Of a stretch of DNA of 64,000 bases, positions 24,552 to 38,079 are shown piece after piece (the first letter of the stretch is position 1; the number at the start of each line of letters is the position of its first letter). This DNA is from Octopus sinensis. Lineage: Eukaryota. The position numbers and the translations under genes are program-made. The notes under the pieces are model-generated. The model was not told the DNA's origin. It did not search any database and saw only the letters and a program-made list of their open reading frames with translations. The stretch covers positions 15,810,001 through 15,874,000 of the forward strand of contig NC_042999.1 in the NCBI RefSeq assembly GCF_006345805.1. The letters are read 5' to 3'.

Positions 24552-24902
24552 CTTAGGTGTGTGTGTGTGTGTGCTTAGGTGTGTGTGGTGTGTGTGTGTG
24601 AGTGTGTGCTTAGGTGTGTGTGTGAGTGTGTGCTTAGGTGTGTGTATGAGTGTGTGCTTAGGTGTGTGTATGAGTGTGTGCTTAGGTGTGTGTGTAAGTG
24701 TGTGCTTAGGTGTGTGAATGTGTGCTTAGGTGTGTGAGTGTGTGTGAGTGTGTGCTTAGGTGTGTGTGTGTGTGTGTGAGTGTGTGCTTAGATGTGTGTG
24801 TGTGAGTGTGTGTGTGTGTGTGTGTGTGAGTGTGTGCTTAGGTGTGTGTGTGAGTGTGTGCTTAGGTGTGTGTGTGAGTGTGTGCTTAGGTGTGTGTGTG
24901 TG
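24509..24902. repeat. (GT)n-derived minisatellite with recurring gcttaggtgtgtg(t)gagtgtgt units
   Basis: Direct reading. Confidence 0.9.
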
Positions 24903-25213
24903 TTGAGAAAGAGACAGAAGGCAGACAGACAGAGATAAAGATGGAGAAACAGACAGATACAGTAAAAGCTTAGTTCTCTGCAAAACAGCATAATTTGTCC
25001 TCAGCTGTTTTGAAAGCCAAGCAAGCAGTATATATTTCTGAATCACTGACCAAGTGGAGTAAAGTTACAATGTACCGGATGATTTCATATATCTTAATAA
25101 AACCAAAAATTAACACAGTCCTGGTATAACCAAAAAGTATATATTAGACTACCATTTAAAATATTGACTTTAAAATATTAAAATTGTGGACCTTGTGATA
25201 TATACACATCACA

Positions 25214-25942
25214 GATATAATTTTACTTGTTTCAGTGATTGGATTACAGCCATGCTGGAGCACCACCTTGAAGGGTTTAGTCAAATAAATCAACCCAAGT
25301 ACTTACTTTCTTAAGCCAGGTACTGGTACTTATTCTATCAGTCGTTTTTGCTAAGCCACTAAGTTACGGTTACATAAACAAACCAACTATGAGAGCTCAA
25401 AATCTCTCGTGGAAGCGCCATCCAACCAAAATGCAAATATATGGGAAACTACCACCTGTGTCATCTCTTGTGAAAGGTAGGAGAGTCCAGTTTGCTGGAC
25501 ATTGTTGTAGAGCTGAAAAAGAAGTAATTTGTACTCTTCTTCTCTGGAAGCCATCTACTCACAATACCAGAGGGCGCACACTCTCCTACCCTGATGTAAT
25601 CTCCAGTGATACAGGCATCCAGCAACAGGACCTCCGTAATGCCATGATGGACCGTGAAGTCTGGCGTAACATAGTAAATTCCATTGTCTTGACCACGGTC
25701 GAACAATGATGAATGATGATGGTTATCAAGTAGTGGTGGTGGGACAAATACAAACACAGGGACACACACATAGATATATACATATATAAATGCAACAGGC
25801 TTCTTTCAATCTCCATCTACCAAATCTTTGGTCAGCCTAGGGCCATAATAGAAAACACTTGCCCAAGGTGCCACTCAGTGTAACTAAACCTGGAACCATG
25901 TAGTTTCAGAAGCAAATGTCTCACCACACAGCCATGCTTGCA
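25214..25942 (-). mobile_element. SINE family B split by a family F LINE insertion (B parts 25214-25388 and 25721-25942)
   Basis: The B consensus is continuous across the insert: ...aaaccaac | ggttatcaag.... Confidence 0.75.
25389..25720 (+). mobile_element. Family F RTE-LINE 3' end
   Basis: RRVQFAGHCCRAEKE...RGRTLSYPDVI...AMMDREVWRNIV is an RTE ORF2 C-terminus; (ATG)n tail. Confidence 0.8.
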
Positions 25943-26445
25943 TAATATGTTCATGAAAATGCAGACAAATAAACATTTTTCAAAGAAGTTTTATGATCAT
26001 TAAAAACTTTCTAGAAACTATAACAAAAGGGTTAAACAACAAAAGTGTAATAAAGTTATATTTCATACTTAAAACACAGACACATTTTTTTTTTTAATCA
26101 TTAAAATATCTCTATTTAATTTGTAAAAAGTTATTGGAATATTTTCTGCTTCAACAAAATTTAATACCCACAGATGTTTTCAGTAGTAAATATTTCTCTA
26201 CAACCAAAACTAGTTATGGAGCAATTTGATTGGTATTATTAAGTTTAAATAGTCTGTACAAATTATAACTGTTTTCACATAGTCACTGCATTTACTCACA
26301 ATATTACCTATTTTCTTTTTATAATGAAGCTTATGTATATATATCTATATATGTAACTGAAACACTGTCCACTCTTCCTCTTGCTATTACAGCCTCACTA
26401 AGTAACTCAAAGCTTTCACTGCTTCTTAAACCAAAGACCTGTCTG

Positions 26446-26512
26446 AGAGAGAGGGAGGGGGAGAGAGAGAGAAAGAGAGGGGAGAGAGAGGGGGAGGGAG
26501 AGAGAGAGAAAG
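26446..26512. repeat. (GA)n/(GGA) purine microsatellite
   Basis: Direct reading. Confidence 0.85.
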
Positions 26513-26539
26513 ATAGTTGTTTTCTGACTGATGACAGTA

Positions 26540-27055
26540 CCATCTAGTTGACCTACTGTATTGATACCTAACAATACTGTTTTCTCTGTCAGAGGCAATG
26601 ACAGGAGACTGAGACCTTTGGAGATATTCATGTGATTGAGAAGACCCAGCAAGTAAACTGAGATCACAGCCATGGCTGATGCCAGTGTTGCATGTCTGGC
26701 ACATTTAAAAGTAGACTTGATGTGTCAGGCGATATGTTATGCTTGAGAAGACCTGGTGAGTCAAGTAAAACCAAAATCATAGCTGGGGCCAGTACCCCCG
26801 ACTGGCTCCTGTGCTGGTGGCATGTAAAAAACACTATGTGAACGTGATCAATGCTGGGCCTGTCTGACTGGCTCCTGTGCCGGTGGCACGTAAAAACCAC
26901 CCACTACACTCTTTGGGAGGTTGGCATTAGGAAGGGCATCCAGCTGTAGAAACACTGCCAGATCAGATCAGAAAGCCACTGGCTTTCCAGACCTCAGTCA
27001 AACCGTCCAACCCATGCCAACATGGAAAACGGACATTAACTGATGATGATGATGT
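26540..27055 (+). mobile_element. Family A RTE: end of ORF2, 3'UTR and tail
   Basis: gaggcaatgac..gactgagacctttgg matches 19220-19250; family A terminus and (GAT)n. Confidence 0.8.
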
Positions 27056-27713
27056 GGGATAACATCAATGAACATCAGAAGGTTTCAGTTTTCAACACAG
27101 TTGCTTGACATGCTGGAAATAGCAACCAAATCTTTCCCAAATTACACTCTTTCAAGTTATATGAAGAGTATATCTTATACATTTGATATGTTCATTTATT
27201 TCATTTATGTTTCTTTATTCTTTTGTTTTCTTTCATTCATTCTATTTCGTAGCCAGTAATTTGTATTTGTAGTTGATTGTGCATTTGTTTTAACAATGAC
27301 ATGCTAACGGTATAATAAGAACATCTTCAACAAGAGGATGAAATAAAGATTCTTTCAGTAAGTGAATGATTTTATACATAGACCTGAAGAGTCAATATTT
27401 CCCAGTACTGCTGGAATAAAACTGATTCTGTGTATTATTTCATATATAATATAATGATATGCCAGCAATAAACTTCTGGTAAAGAATCAATGAAACAATT
27501 ACAGAGTTATGCAATAAAATGAGTTGCTCACTTCATCTTCCTTGTTAATGTTTGTATAAACTCCATGGATGTTTACAAGTTTTCAGATATAGCATCAGCA
27601 AAGCAATCTTTTTTTGTTGGATAATAGTATTTGACAACTGATACCCATAGATAGACTTTATAAAGAAAACTCCAGGGTTAAAACCCAAATGGATTTAATA
27701 TACATACATCTTA

Positions 27714-27925
27714 AGGTGGTGAGCTGGCAGAAACGTTAGTACGTCAGGCAAAATGTTTAGTGGTATTTCGTCTGTCTTTACATTCTGAGTTCAAATTTTG
27801 CCAAGGCCAACTTTGCCTGTCATCTTTTCGGGATCAATAAATTAAGTACCAGTTGTGTACTGGGGTCAGGCTAATCAACTGCCCCCCTCCCCAAAAATTT
27901 CAGGCATTTTGCCTAGAGTAGAAGA
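27714..27925 (+). mobile_element. SINE family C2
   Basis: ggtggtgagctggcagaaacgttag head, B-box GAGTTCAAATT. Confidence 0.75.
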
Positions 27926-27988
27926 GAATATACATACATCTCTCTCTCACACTCTGTCTGCCTGTCTGTCTGTCTCTCTCTCTCTCTG

Positions 27989-28041
<53 letters not shown>

Positions 28042-29059
28042 TTTCAGGCACACAGATGCATACATGCGCACACACACACACATATTCACAAAAGACGTCT
28101 ACTCTAGGAGAAAAGTGCCTAGAAAGCAGTGTTTCTCCTAGTCTAGATGATAAGCATAAGTTTTTTGTAGACTAGTGATGACTTTATTTGATCTCTGGGT
28201 AATAATAAGTATTTTTTGAGGCCAAATGATATGACTTTTTTATGTCTCTCTCCAAGGAAAGAGAGACAAGTGACCAAAATAGCAAGCTTCGTATCATCAT
28301 CAAAGCATAAAGCATATTCCACTGTTTCAACTATTTGTATTACTTACTGTCACTTTAATCTAAAAACTGGAATTTCCCATAAGCTGGTGTAGCATAACAG
28401 GTTATGACAATTATTAACTTGACATTAGCTAATCTAGCTTTTATCAAGTACCGAAAAGCTAACTAAACACCAGAAATAATTCATTAAAATGTAATTTATC
28501 AAGTCATTATCTCTGAACTAAGTGAATATTGGATTTTCTTTTAAAAAACATCTTTGATAAAATAGAACAGCAATGTAGAAATTAAGCAATTAAATATCTG
28601 AAAATCACAATATTAAATTTGGAACAAATCAGTAATTGATTTATTTTTTTAAGAAAAAAAACAGGTGACAAATTATCAAAATCGGAAAGTAATGAAAACA
28701 AATTGCAAACTGACTTGATACAAAGTTAAGGCCATTAGTACATTTTTAAAAAAATGTTTTACAAAATGAAAAGTTCTAAATATGATATGATTATAAAAAG
28801 AAAGTGAAAATATAAAATTATACAATGCTTAGGGTAACTGATTCAAGGCATACTGTTTATTACAAACCTCAAACTTAATTTTATTGCAATTGGCATGCAA
28901 ATCTTGTCTTAAAATACTCTATACAGATCAATACTTTTGCTATATTTACTATTTAAACCTCTGTACAAAGAAAATAGGGTGAACAGAAAAAGTAGGTGAA
29001 ACTTCCTTCAACCGAATAAATGTAACAATATTTGCAGCATATCCTACACCACAGTATGT

Positions 29060-29480
29060 AAAGGTGTTTGAAGCCATCTTTTCTGCCCACTATTCCTAGG
29101 AGGTTTCATAGAGTAGAGTCCTCCACAGAGGCCTGTCAGAAGCAACTATCATTACACTTTCTGACTGAATTCCCAAATTTGACCAAATGAGATTATAGAT
29201 ATTATTTAACAATCTCATGTTTAATCTACCCCTAGGTCACCCACCAGTTGGCTTAGCTTGAAGAATCCATCTTGTGTTTCTTTCCTGTGATATTCTAATC
29301 ACATATCCATAAAACCAGAGCTGTGATCTCCAAGTTATGTACCCTATCATGTAATTTTATTCTAGAGATGCTTTGGAGGAATCCATTTCAGCTACTTGTA
29401 TTTGAAATTGTAGTATTTTGGTCATTACTCAACATTCATGACCATATGTAAAAATAGGTATGGAAATTGAATTGTCCAAA
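29060..29480 (-). mobile_element. Old RTE-LINE ORF2 C-terminal fossil
   Basis: Minus translation IFTYGHEC..MT...QVAEM...GYVIRISQERNTRWILQAKP...VASDRPLWR. Confidence 0.6.
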
Positions 29481-29899
29481 TTGAATCAGTTGTACCAATT
29501 ATTTATTCAACCAAGCAGATCCAACTGGGGCTGCTTAGCAATAATAACAATATCACGAACCATGCAGAATTTCAAGACTGGAGCTTCATCATTTAAAAGT
29601 ACATTTTAAAAATGCTATAAAAATATTTCCCCAAATAACACAACTTCTTAAAGTCCAGTCAATTGAACAAATGAAACCAATAATGAATTACAATAAAAAT
29701 CAATGAGTTTTATATTTGCTAGGGAATTCAAAATTTTTTAATATCAAGCACAAAGAATAGATTTGTTTTGCATAACCAAGGGAAAAGATGAATATATTTT
29801 AACTGAAATCAACCAAGTTCTAAAAGTTATGTAAATATTAAACTGTTTATAGTTTAGTCATCAAAACTTTTATAACTGTTTCAAATATAGACACAAGGT

Positions 29900-30065
29900 T
29901 TGAAATTTAGGGGACTTTTAACCCAAATCCTTGATTGGTATTTATTTTATTGGCCCTAGGAGGATGAAAGGCAAAGTTGACCATATCAGGATTTGAACTT
30001 GGAATGTAAACAGTTGGAAGAAATACTGTAATGCATTTTACCAATATTTTGACAATCCTACTTGT
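29900..30065 (-). mobile_element. SINE family C/C2, diverged
   Basis: ggtatttattttattggccctaggaggatgaaaggcaaagttgacc...gatttgaac. Confidence 0.6.
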
Positions 30066-31584
30066 TCATGTAATCATGATGATGATGATGATGATGATAT
30101 GATGATGATGACAATGATAATGATGATATAAGCAAAGATATCATAATAAAAGATACAGTGAAGAAATTAAAATCTGCTAAGATAAAGGGCAAGCATCATC
30201 TATTTGAGTTCCTATCAGATCATTTTAAAACTTCAATTCTACAAATTCCTCAAAATATAAATAAAAATGATCATGAACTGAATCACATGTATTGAGTTTC
30301 TGAGCAATTTCCACCCAATAATATGCCAAAGTCATAGTAGAAATCTATTTGATCCAGTTAAAAAAGTGTTTTAGTAAATAAAAATAATAGTAATGATAAT
30401 TTTTATTCCTATTTATACTAATTGCATAAAAATATAAAACGTCACTTTTTGCTACTTATTGTTTAACTGCTTCCTATAACATTATCCAAAGTCACTTCAT
30501 GCACACACCTTTTCTCTGGACATTATCTATTCTGTCTCATTCTCTGGGACAATCTTTCCTTCTCAAAATTTCAGTTTTAGACAACTTATCCTCTACCAAT
30601 TTTTTATCATGACCCAAATTTTTTTTATTATGTCCCAAATTTTAAACTAAACATCACTTGACCTAATCTGTATGAAAGCTGCTGCAATGACTATAGGTAC
30701 TTCGCAACCTACTTGGAAAAAAAATGTTTTTTAAAATCATATATGTTTATTTTGTTCATTCCTACTTTACAAGAAGCATAGCACAACAGGTAATTTCTCA
30801 TCCAAATTAGCCTCAGATGTGATTTTGATTTCCACATAACTATTTCATACTCCTTATAATACTAAGTTTCTTTTAATAAACATTGAAGTCATAACTATAC
30901 TGAAATAATTAGGGAGGTACAATAGATGCAAAATCAAAGTGTTATGTTTTTTTATTGCATCTGCATAGAATAGGTAGCCATCACTTTTGTATTTATGAAT
31001 ATAATTGGCATCAACTCTACTCCTTAAACTGTAAATCAAGATGAATTTTACTTCGTCATTTCAGTTTTCATTTCAAAATGGTAATGATTATATTTTGTTA
31101 ACAGATCTATTCATGCATTCATCCATCCAGTTGTCTATACCTATAGTTCTATCTAAATCTCTATTGTGTACTGCTGAAATGCGTGTGTCCTGTGCTCTAT
31201 CAATAAATACATAATGCTAGCAACAAAGAATTTTTATCTCAGAGTGAAAGGCAAACTATGTTATATTTATGTATGAAGTAGGACATTGCATGGTAAAGAC
31301 ACATGAGTGCTGCATATAAAGGTTGGAAAGAATTGAGTATCTGTTGTTGAATGTTTGTCACAATGCATCAATAATAATACCTAAGTGTACTGGGGAAGAA
31401 AACTGCACAACAGAGGTAATCCTCATAGAATGGAAAAGTAATGACTGCAAATTTAAGGACACATTATGCATTGTAAAATTATAGTTCTAAGGAGTATCAA
31501 ACAATGCAAGATAAAATAAAGGGAAAGTTTACGAAAATAAACAAAAGACGAAGGCAGGTGGAGTACAAACAAACAAATGTATTA

Positions 31585-31722
31585 GAAGAGTGCTCAGGAA
31601 TAGAAAAAGTCTTTTACGTTTCGAGCCTACACTCTTCGACAGAAAGATACATAGAAAAAAAACAAGGAGAGAAAAAAAGGAGAGAAAAAATGCGTGTAGT
31701 AGCTAACGATCTATCATGGTGT
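31585..31722 (-). mobile_element. Candidate Penelope-like pseudo-LTR remnant carrying a hammerhead-like motif
   Basis: Contains the 31610-31647 motif; the element class is inferred from the known association of such motifs with Penelope-like elements. Confidence 0.45.
31610..31647 (-). ncRNA. Hammerhead-like motif with A6U core change (possibly inactive)
   Basis: TCTTT CTGTCGA A GAG TGTAGG CTC GAA ACGT A AAAGA: stem I 5 bp, stem II 3 bp, palindromic helix III, GUA triplet. Confidence 0.45.
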
Positions 31723-32324
31723 CCAAGATAAAATAAGTCTACTAAAAAGAAAGTTAAAAGATGTAGAAAGAAATGTTATTAGCTAGTTAATCTTTGCAAA
31801 GAAAACAATAAAGGAGAGTGAGAAGTGCAAAAAGGTGACATTGTATTGAAAGTGATCCATCCAACACATACTAGCATAGAGAAGCAAATATAAACATGAT
31901 AATGAGCCACAGGAAGGAGGATGGCACTCTTGAAATTCTTCCTTTGATTCAGCCTTTTGAACTCATAACTGAAGATAGACAGTTCATTATTCTTTAAGAT
32001 AAGGAAAACACAGATGGTTTTGGACTATTTTTCTTCTTAGTTGTAAGCACTGTAATTAATTATCAAATTTCACATATGATCAAAAAAATCAAGCTAGACT
32101 GGATACTTTTTTTTATTCCAATAGGTATAACAAATGATGGACAGTGTTACAATGTGCTCTTTGAAAACTGTATGTATTTTTATCATTGCATGAGCATTCA
32201 AGATATGAGATTTGCATAAAAGAAGCATAATCTGATATAATTAGTTTCATGACTTCTGTACCATGTCAGGTAATTAACAATGTCACCTTAAAACACAAGA
32301 CAAGTTTTCAATGATTTAAAGGAC

Positions 32325-32500
32325 ACTGGGGGCATGTAAAAAGCATCCAGAACACTCTGTTTAGTGGTTGGAATTAGGAAGGGCATCCAGCTGTAGAAAC
32401 CATACCACAACAGACAATTGGAATCTGGCCAGCTCCATGTCAAACCGTCCAACCCATGCTAGCATGGAAAGCAGTCATTAAATAATGATGATGATGATGA
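32325..32500 (+). mobile_element. Family A RTE 3' end, diverged
   Basis: ggaagggcatccagctgtagaaac...ccaacccatgctagcatggaaagc plus (GAT)n. Confidence 0.75.
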
Positions 32501-32819
32501 TTACAACTACACAGCCACAGCTCTGCGTGTATGTGTGTTTGTGTTGTGCATGCGTACACGCTTTTGGAACTGATGATTTGCTGCATTGATATGTTCATCA
32601 ATCTTAAGACCAGAAAAAGATGCATATGGACACACTGATACACAGAGACTAACGGCCAGACAGACTGAAAGAAAGAGAAAGAAACATGTGTGTGCATGAT
32701 AGTGAGAACATATGCATATGTGTGCATGTGTGTGTGTGCATGAGTATGTGTGTGCATGTGTGTGCATTCATGTACAAATGTAACATTTATTATGGCCTTG
32801 AGATGTATTTGCATGTTGC

Positions 32820-34230
32820 TTATGTTTTGGGGTGGAGACAGGAAATAAAACTGCTTCCTTGTTTTCTTGATATGTATGATGCTTATATCTTTCTATAGCT
32901 GAAGGAAACTTGATTGGCATGGCCTACAAGAGAATGTTTTCAAAGTATCTATTTATTAGTCAGTGCAGATTTGGTGTGAGACAAGATGCACGTAGCTGAT
33001 GACTGGATGCAGAAAGTTAGCAAAGAATGAAAGGTGGCATCATATGTGGAGAATGGGCAATGTTGGAGGTAATGGAAATAGCTTGTTAGGGCACAAGATG
33101 AAGAATGAGGTGACGAAATTGAACTTTGTGGCACATTATAGTTGACAGATCAAAGATCAACAGAGAACCCATGCATCTCTTATGGAGTTTTATTGAGCAA
33201 TTCCTTTGACAGATATTGCCAAATGCCTTGCTGATATCACAACACAGTTTTTACTAAATTTCTCAAAGACAAGAACCCACCAATTCATGGTATATGAAAG
33301 TAGGTTCCCAGTATATATGGCTTAAAAAAATTATACTAGTGGTAATTAAGGAGGGAAAGAGAGATTCAAGATGTGGGGAAAAAATTTTGTTGATGACTGA
33401 TTCCATCACCTTTGAGATGCTGGAAGTGACTGCAATAGGGTGATAGTTGGTAATGTAAGAAAGGTTGCCCTTTTGGCAAGTATGACACTTCATAACAAGT
33501 TTCCCAAGATTGGAACAGATAACTGTAGATAGAAAATGGAGAGTTCAGTGACACACAGCTTGAGGGACTTTATCAGAGTCAGTGGTCTTGTTGGTATGAA
33601 CCAACCAAAAATGCTTTCAAACAGTATGTGTGTGTGTGTGTGTGTGTGTGTATGCATGTGTGTGTGTGTGTGTGCATGTGTGTGTGTGTGTGTGTGTATG
33701 CATGTGTGTGTGTATGCATGCATGTGTGTGTGTATGCATGCATGTGTGTGTGTGTATGTGTGTGTGTGTGTGTGTGCGTGTATGCATGTGGCATTGTGCT
33801 TGGTGGGAAGGTATGGTTTCTCCTTGAGAATATACAGAACCATCATGGTTGAAAAGTGTAAAGAAGTATTCTGCAAAAGTTTATACTGATTCTTTTGGCA
33901 AGTGGCCAAAAAGGATCAAATGTAGCTTGGGATGTGGTGGGTACTTGTGGTTTGGTCAATGATCTTTAACATTTTGGATGGTGGTTTGGTAAAGGTCATC
34001 CAGTTTTTAAGGCTAGAGGATTTTTTCCAAGCAGACATGCAAAGTATCATATGTTTTGTGCATTTGGTTATGTATAAGATATATAGAGAGAGACATAGTC
34101 AAGTAGATTGTTTTAATCACCTACTCATCTCCGTTAAGTTAGAAATGAAGTGCATGTGCTGACAGGACTGTTAGCACAGAACTGAGAGAAATCTGACCAA
34201 TTTGAAGAGTCACTGAGTCTGGGAAGCAAC
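32820..34230 (-). mobile_element. Decayed CR1/L2/Jockey-like LINE ORF2, interrupted by a microsatellite
   Basis: KGNLSYITNYHPIAVTSSISKVMESVIN matches the RT motif KGD.S...NYRPI.LTS..SKVME.IIN. Confidence 0.65.
33626..33790. repeat. (GT)n/(GCAT) compound microsatellite
   Basis: Direct reading. Confidence 0.9.
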
Positions 34231-34676
34231 ACACTTATCTATGTATCTATACATGCACAAATATTTATAGAAATTCCCATACATCATATAAAATACTTCA
34301 CAATTATCAATTAAGTTTATCAGATTTATATAACTATTTTCTCTTAATTATTTAGACTGAAAAACAACTGCAAAAGTTTCACATTTCAAATGTTGCTCCC
34401 TTTTGCTGAACTCCTTATAAGAACATGCTTTTAACTCCCTACCTTGTTTCTTGTCTCAGATATATAATTAACATTGTTTAGAGAATAAACTCTTGAAGAC
34501 TGTGCCCAGCCATTCAGTAACCTAAATCAGTAAAAAATAACAGTAAAAGAATATACTGGTTGGAAGACCAGCCCTATGTTGATGATATATTTGTCTAACC
34601 ACATGAATGCACAAATGCAAAATGATATAAGCTGGAAAACGCTTAATCATAAGTTTACTGAATCAGCGCTGACCTG

Positions 34677-34844
34677 ATCATCATCATCACTGTTCGACCG
34701 TGGTCGAGACAATGGAATTTACTATGTTAAACCAGACTTCACGGTCCATCATAGCATTACGGAAATCCTGTTGCTGGATGCCTGTATCCCTGGAGATTAC
34801 TTCAGGGTAGGAGAGTGTGTGCCCTCTGGTATCACGAGCAGAGT
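34677..34844 (-). mobile_element. Family F RTE 3' end
   Basis: Reverse complement of about 25560-25715. Confidence 0.85.
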
Positions 34845-37684
34845 TTGCTGACCTGAAGCTCAACAACAACATGTATGCTCAGCAAGGACATGTATTGCAT
34901 AAAATGACTTAGTTTTTCATGCAATCCTTGTCAAAAATAAATTCAACTGTGGTAAGAAAGAAAAATTTTAAATATAAACTTTTGATTTTATGATAAATTA
35001 TGAAATAAATATTCAGAAATATTTTATATATATAGATGCTATCAGAATAATTGTTGGATATATGAAGTACAGTGATGGTTATTTCTTCTGAAATAAAGCT
35101 GGTCTTTCATAGCTTAATGTAATTAATCAATATATCCAAACCACTTCTAAATGGTTTGAGCATGAGTTATTAAATAACACATCTGACACTGTTGTTCATG
35201 GTTCTCAAAATCCAAATTAAATATGTTAACAGTGTCATTCTTTCACAACACATACTACTGTATTATATCAAATCATAAAATTTGAAGAAAACTGTGGTAT
35301 TAGTAACTGAGAATAAAATTGATTTTGGAATTTTATCTGTAACTCATCTCCATAATTTCATAGCAAACACTCTTTGTTTATAGTAAAGGATAGGGGAATA
35401 CAGAGCAGCAGGAGGAATATCTGAAACAAAAGCAGATATGCAGTTCATGAATAATTGCACAATATTTGCTGTCTGAAAATTTGATTAGTACATTTGATAA
35501 TAATATATTATTATCCTTGAAGTAGGATTTTGAAATACATCATTTAACTTGAAATCTTCAATCCAATACACCAGATGTTTGAAATCTATACACATGAGAT
35601 TTTAGCAAAGCATTGATCTGGATTTAACTATAGAATCAATTTAACAAAAACTACAAGTTTGAAACTCATCAGAAAAACATGATTTAAGAGATTACAAGAA
35701 AGGAAATATGTAAATGCATGACCTACTGATGCTAAATAGAAAGAATTATGCATGTTTAGTTATAAAGGCGTGAATAAAGACCTCACAAGGAAATAAAAAC
35801 AAGACGAAGATTTCCTGAGATAGCAGCAGTAAGTATAACCACAGGGTCTTTGAAATTTAATAGAATAATTATGTACCCAATATACAAAACATGCTTTTTT
35901 GGGGAAAAGACATTAAAATAATGATAACTTGGTTGCTGAAGATTATGGTAATAGAGCTAAATGCTATAAAACTATGTAAACAATTAAAAGATACTTAATT
36001 GTTTTATCCTGTTTCATTAAAAATAATCTATAAATAATGATCATATAGAAAATAAAAAAAGAATATCGATATTTCAAATTGCTGCTTGCAATAAGACTAG
36101 CTGTTATTTATTTGTGTTATTATACTTTAATAATCTTGAAAAATGTTGTAAAAGTTTGTAAATATATTCTTATTTGCACTCAGTCACCTATGTAGGTTAC
36201 AGCAATACAAAAATTATTTTTCCATCAAAGTTGTGAATAAAGTATGAAAGGAAAAGAAAATTATTTTCCATGTTTTCAGAAGTAAATTCATACAATTCTT
36301 TCTCCATAATAACTATGCTTGAATTAGAAATGCCAAATATATGGCAGTACATTTATAAAAAATTCACGTTTTCAAATATTTTTCAGGTTTTTATGTTTTT
36401 TTTTATAAAAATGTGTTCTTAATGTAATTTTCTTCACATTTATCGATGAATATTTCAATGCATATGTTGAAGTAAAACAAAAATATAGTTATAACAGATA
36501 ATTATTGAACACTTTCTGTAAGTTATACTTCTCTTGATCAGTTATATAGAATTTTATGTTTAATTAATATTTTTCTTTTTTTATATACTTACAAGCTGTT
36601 AATTTTGAGAAATTTACATTCTTTTTTCTTTTTACTATATTAGAATGAACTGAAAAGTAGACATTGTCACAAGTTCAAATTGTTTGTAATTCTCAAAATA
36701 AAGTAGTTTTTTGTAAATACTTATCATAATTTCTCTATTGTGATTCGTTATTACATAAAGATTATTTTTAAAATTTTGAAAGCAATACAATCAAATTGTT
36801 GTTGCTTTAACAGTAATTTTCAAGAAAATATCCATAGGCATTATCAGATGAAATAGCTACACTGCTGAATATATAGACACAAGTCTGCACCTTACCATAC
36901 TCAAGTAACATTTTTTAATTGGTTCTTTTCCATTCTCATTCCACCCATACTGGTGAGATCAATTTGGTCAATGGTTTTCATGAATAATTGCAAGTCAACA
37001 GATACAAGAATTTCAGAAGCTAAAAGTCTTGGGGAGGAAAGACAGGGAAGTAGTGAAAAGTGCAGGTCTTTTGGGACAATGGAGACAGGTGGAAACAATA
37101 TGGGCGATGAGAGGAGAGATGAACAAAGAGTATCTAAATGAAGGTGGAATAAGACCAGCTATCTTCAAGAAGAGGCCACTGCAATAGCTGGTAGAAATGT
37201 CAGTAAAAAACGTCTAAACAAAATTTATAACACAATTTCTAATAGGGACAAGTAATGACCAAGAAATCTTTAAAATCCCAGAATAATAAAGGGCTTCTTT
37301 ATATTTTAAAAAGGAAATAACAAGGTATATTTATCAAATTCATTACAAGGTAGAAGATTAATACCTTTGCCGTATGCAATTGTAGACAATAGAGCATAAA
37401 TGTAATGCCAGCGAATATTTTAATAAAAGCAACAAGTTTCTGAGATTTCACTGGGAGATACAAGCAATTTTAACAGTCATACTGAGAAACATTAGAACTA
37501 ATGAGCTAAATTTAAACTATTACACATGAAAAAAAGAATCCAAAAGATCCAGTGGATTCTAAGAGAGAGCAAATTAAAGATCAATTAGATGGAGCTGAAA
37601 ATCATTAAACATTGTTTTGTCCAGGAAAAAGTCAGAGAGAATTACTGAAAGAGTACTGAAAATTCCTTACTCAAAAAGAATAAA

Positions 37685-38079
37685 TCTTTATATATAAAAG
37701 TGAAGTTGTGTGTCTGTCTCCTACGATTTAGATTCCTAACTACTCCCACATTTTGCAGTGCAGTTTAATCAAAACCGGGTATCTTATAGTCGTGATTCAT
37801 ATCGAGCCCTTCTGGGTATTAGCGTGCGTCTACGATGAGTCTACGATTTAAAAAAATTTACCATCATTTTTTTTCCATTTTAATGTATTTTTTTCGCTAT
37901 TATATAAGGGAAGTAACTCTCAAAAACTGTCTACGATGAGTCAACGATTTAAAAAAAAATTTACCATCATTTTTTTCCATTTTAGTGCAGTTTTTGCTAT
38001 TTTTTGGCTATAACTCTCTAAAAATGCTTATATAGTTATTTTCCTTACAAACCCGAGCAACGCCGGGCGATACTGCTAG
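37685..38079 (+). mobile_element. Non-autonomous Helitron-like element, second copy
   Basis: A|TC...CTAG|T termini; subterminal hairpin cccg-agcaacgc-cggg; highly similar to 11491-11862. Confidence 0.8.

Noticed and set aside
24540-24890. Interstitial telomeric repeat (TTAGG)
   Set aside because: TTAGG occurs singly within GT-rich units, never as tandem telomeric arrays.
30854-31039. Protein-like ORF SRVDANYIHKYKSDGYLFYADAIKK
   Set aside because: No usable donor before the stop; ...HLLY suggests an RT fossil.
36587-36600. AG-NNN-GTAAGT micro-exon motifs (also near 45443, 4934 and 28345) and weaker AG|GT sites (36187, 38106)
   Set aside because: Weak polypyrimidine tracts or weak donors; expected by chance without RNA evidence.
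37365-37450. Candidate 86-nt exon; similar candidates at 34443-34521, 56745-56878 and near 24960-25047
   Set aside because: Short open frames on a T-rich strand with no recognisable family; some overlap probable LINE fossils.
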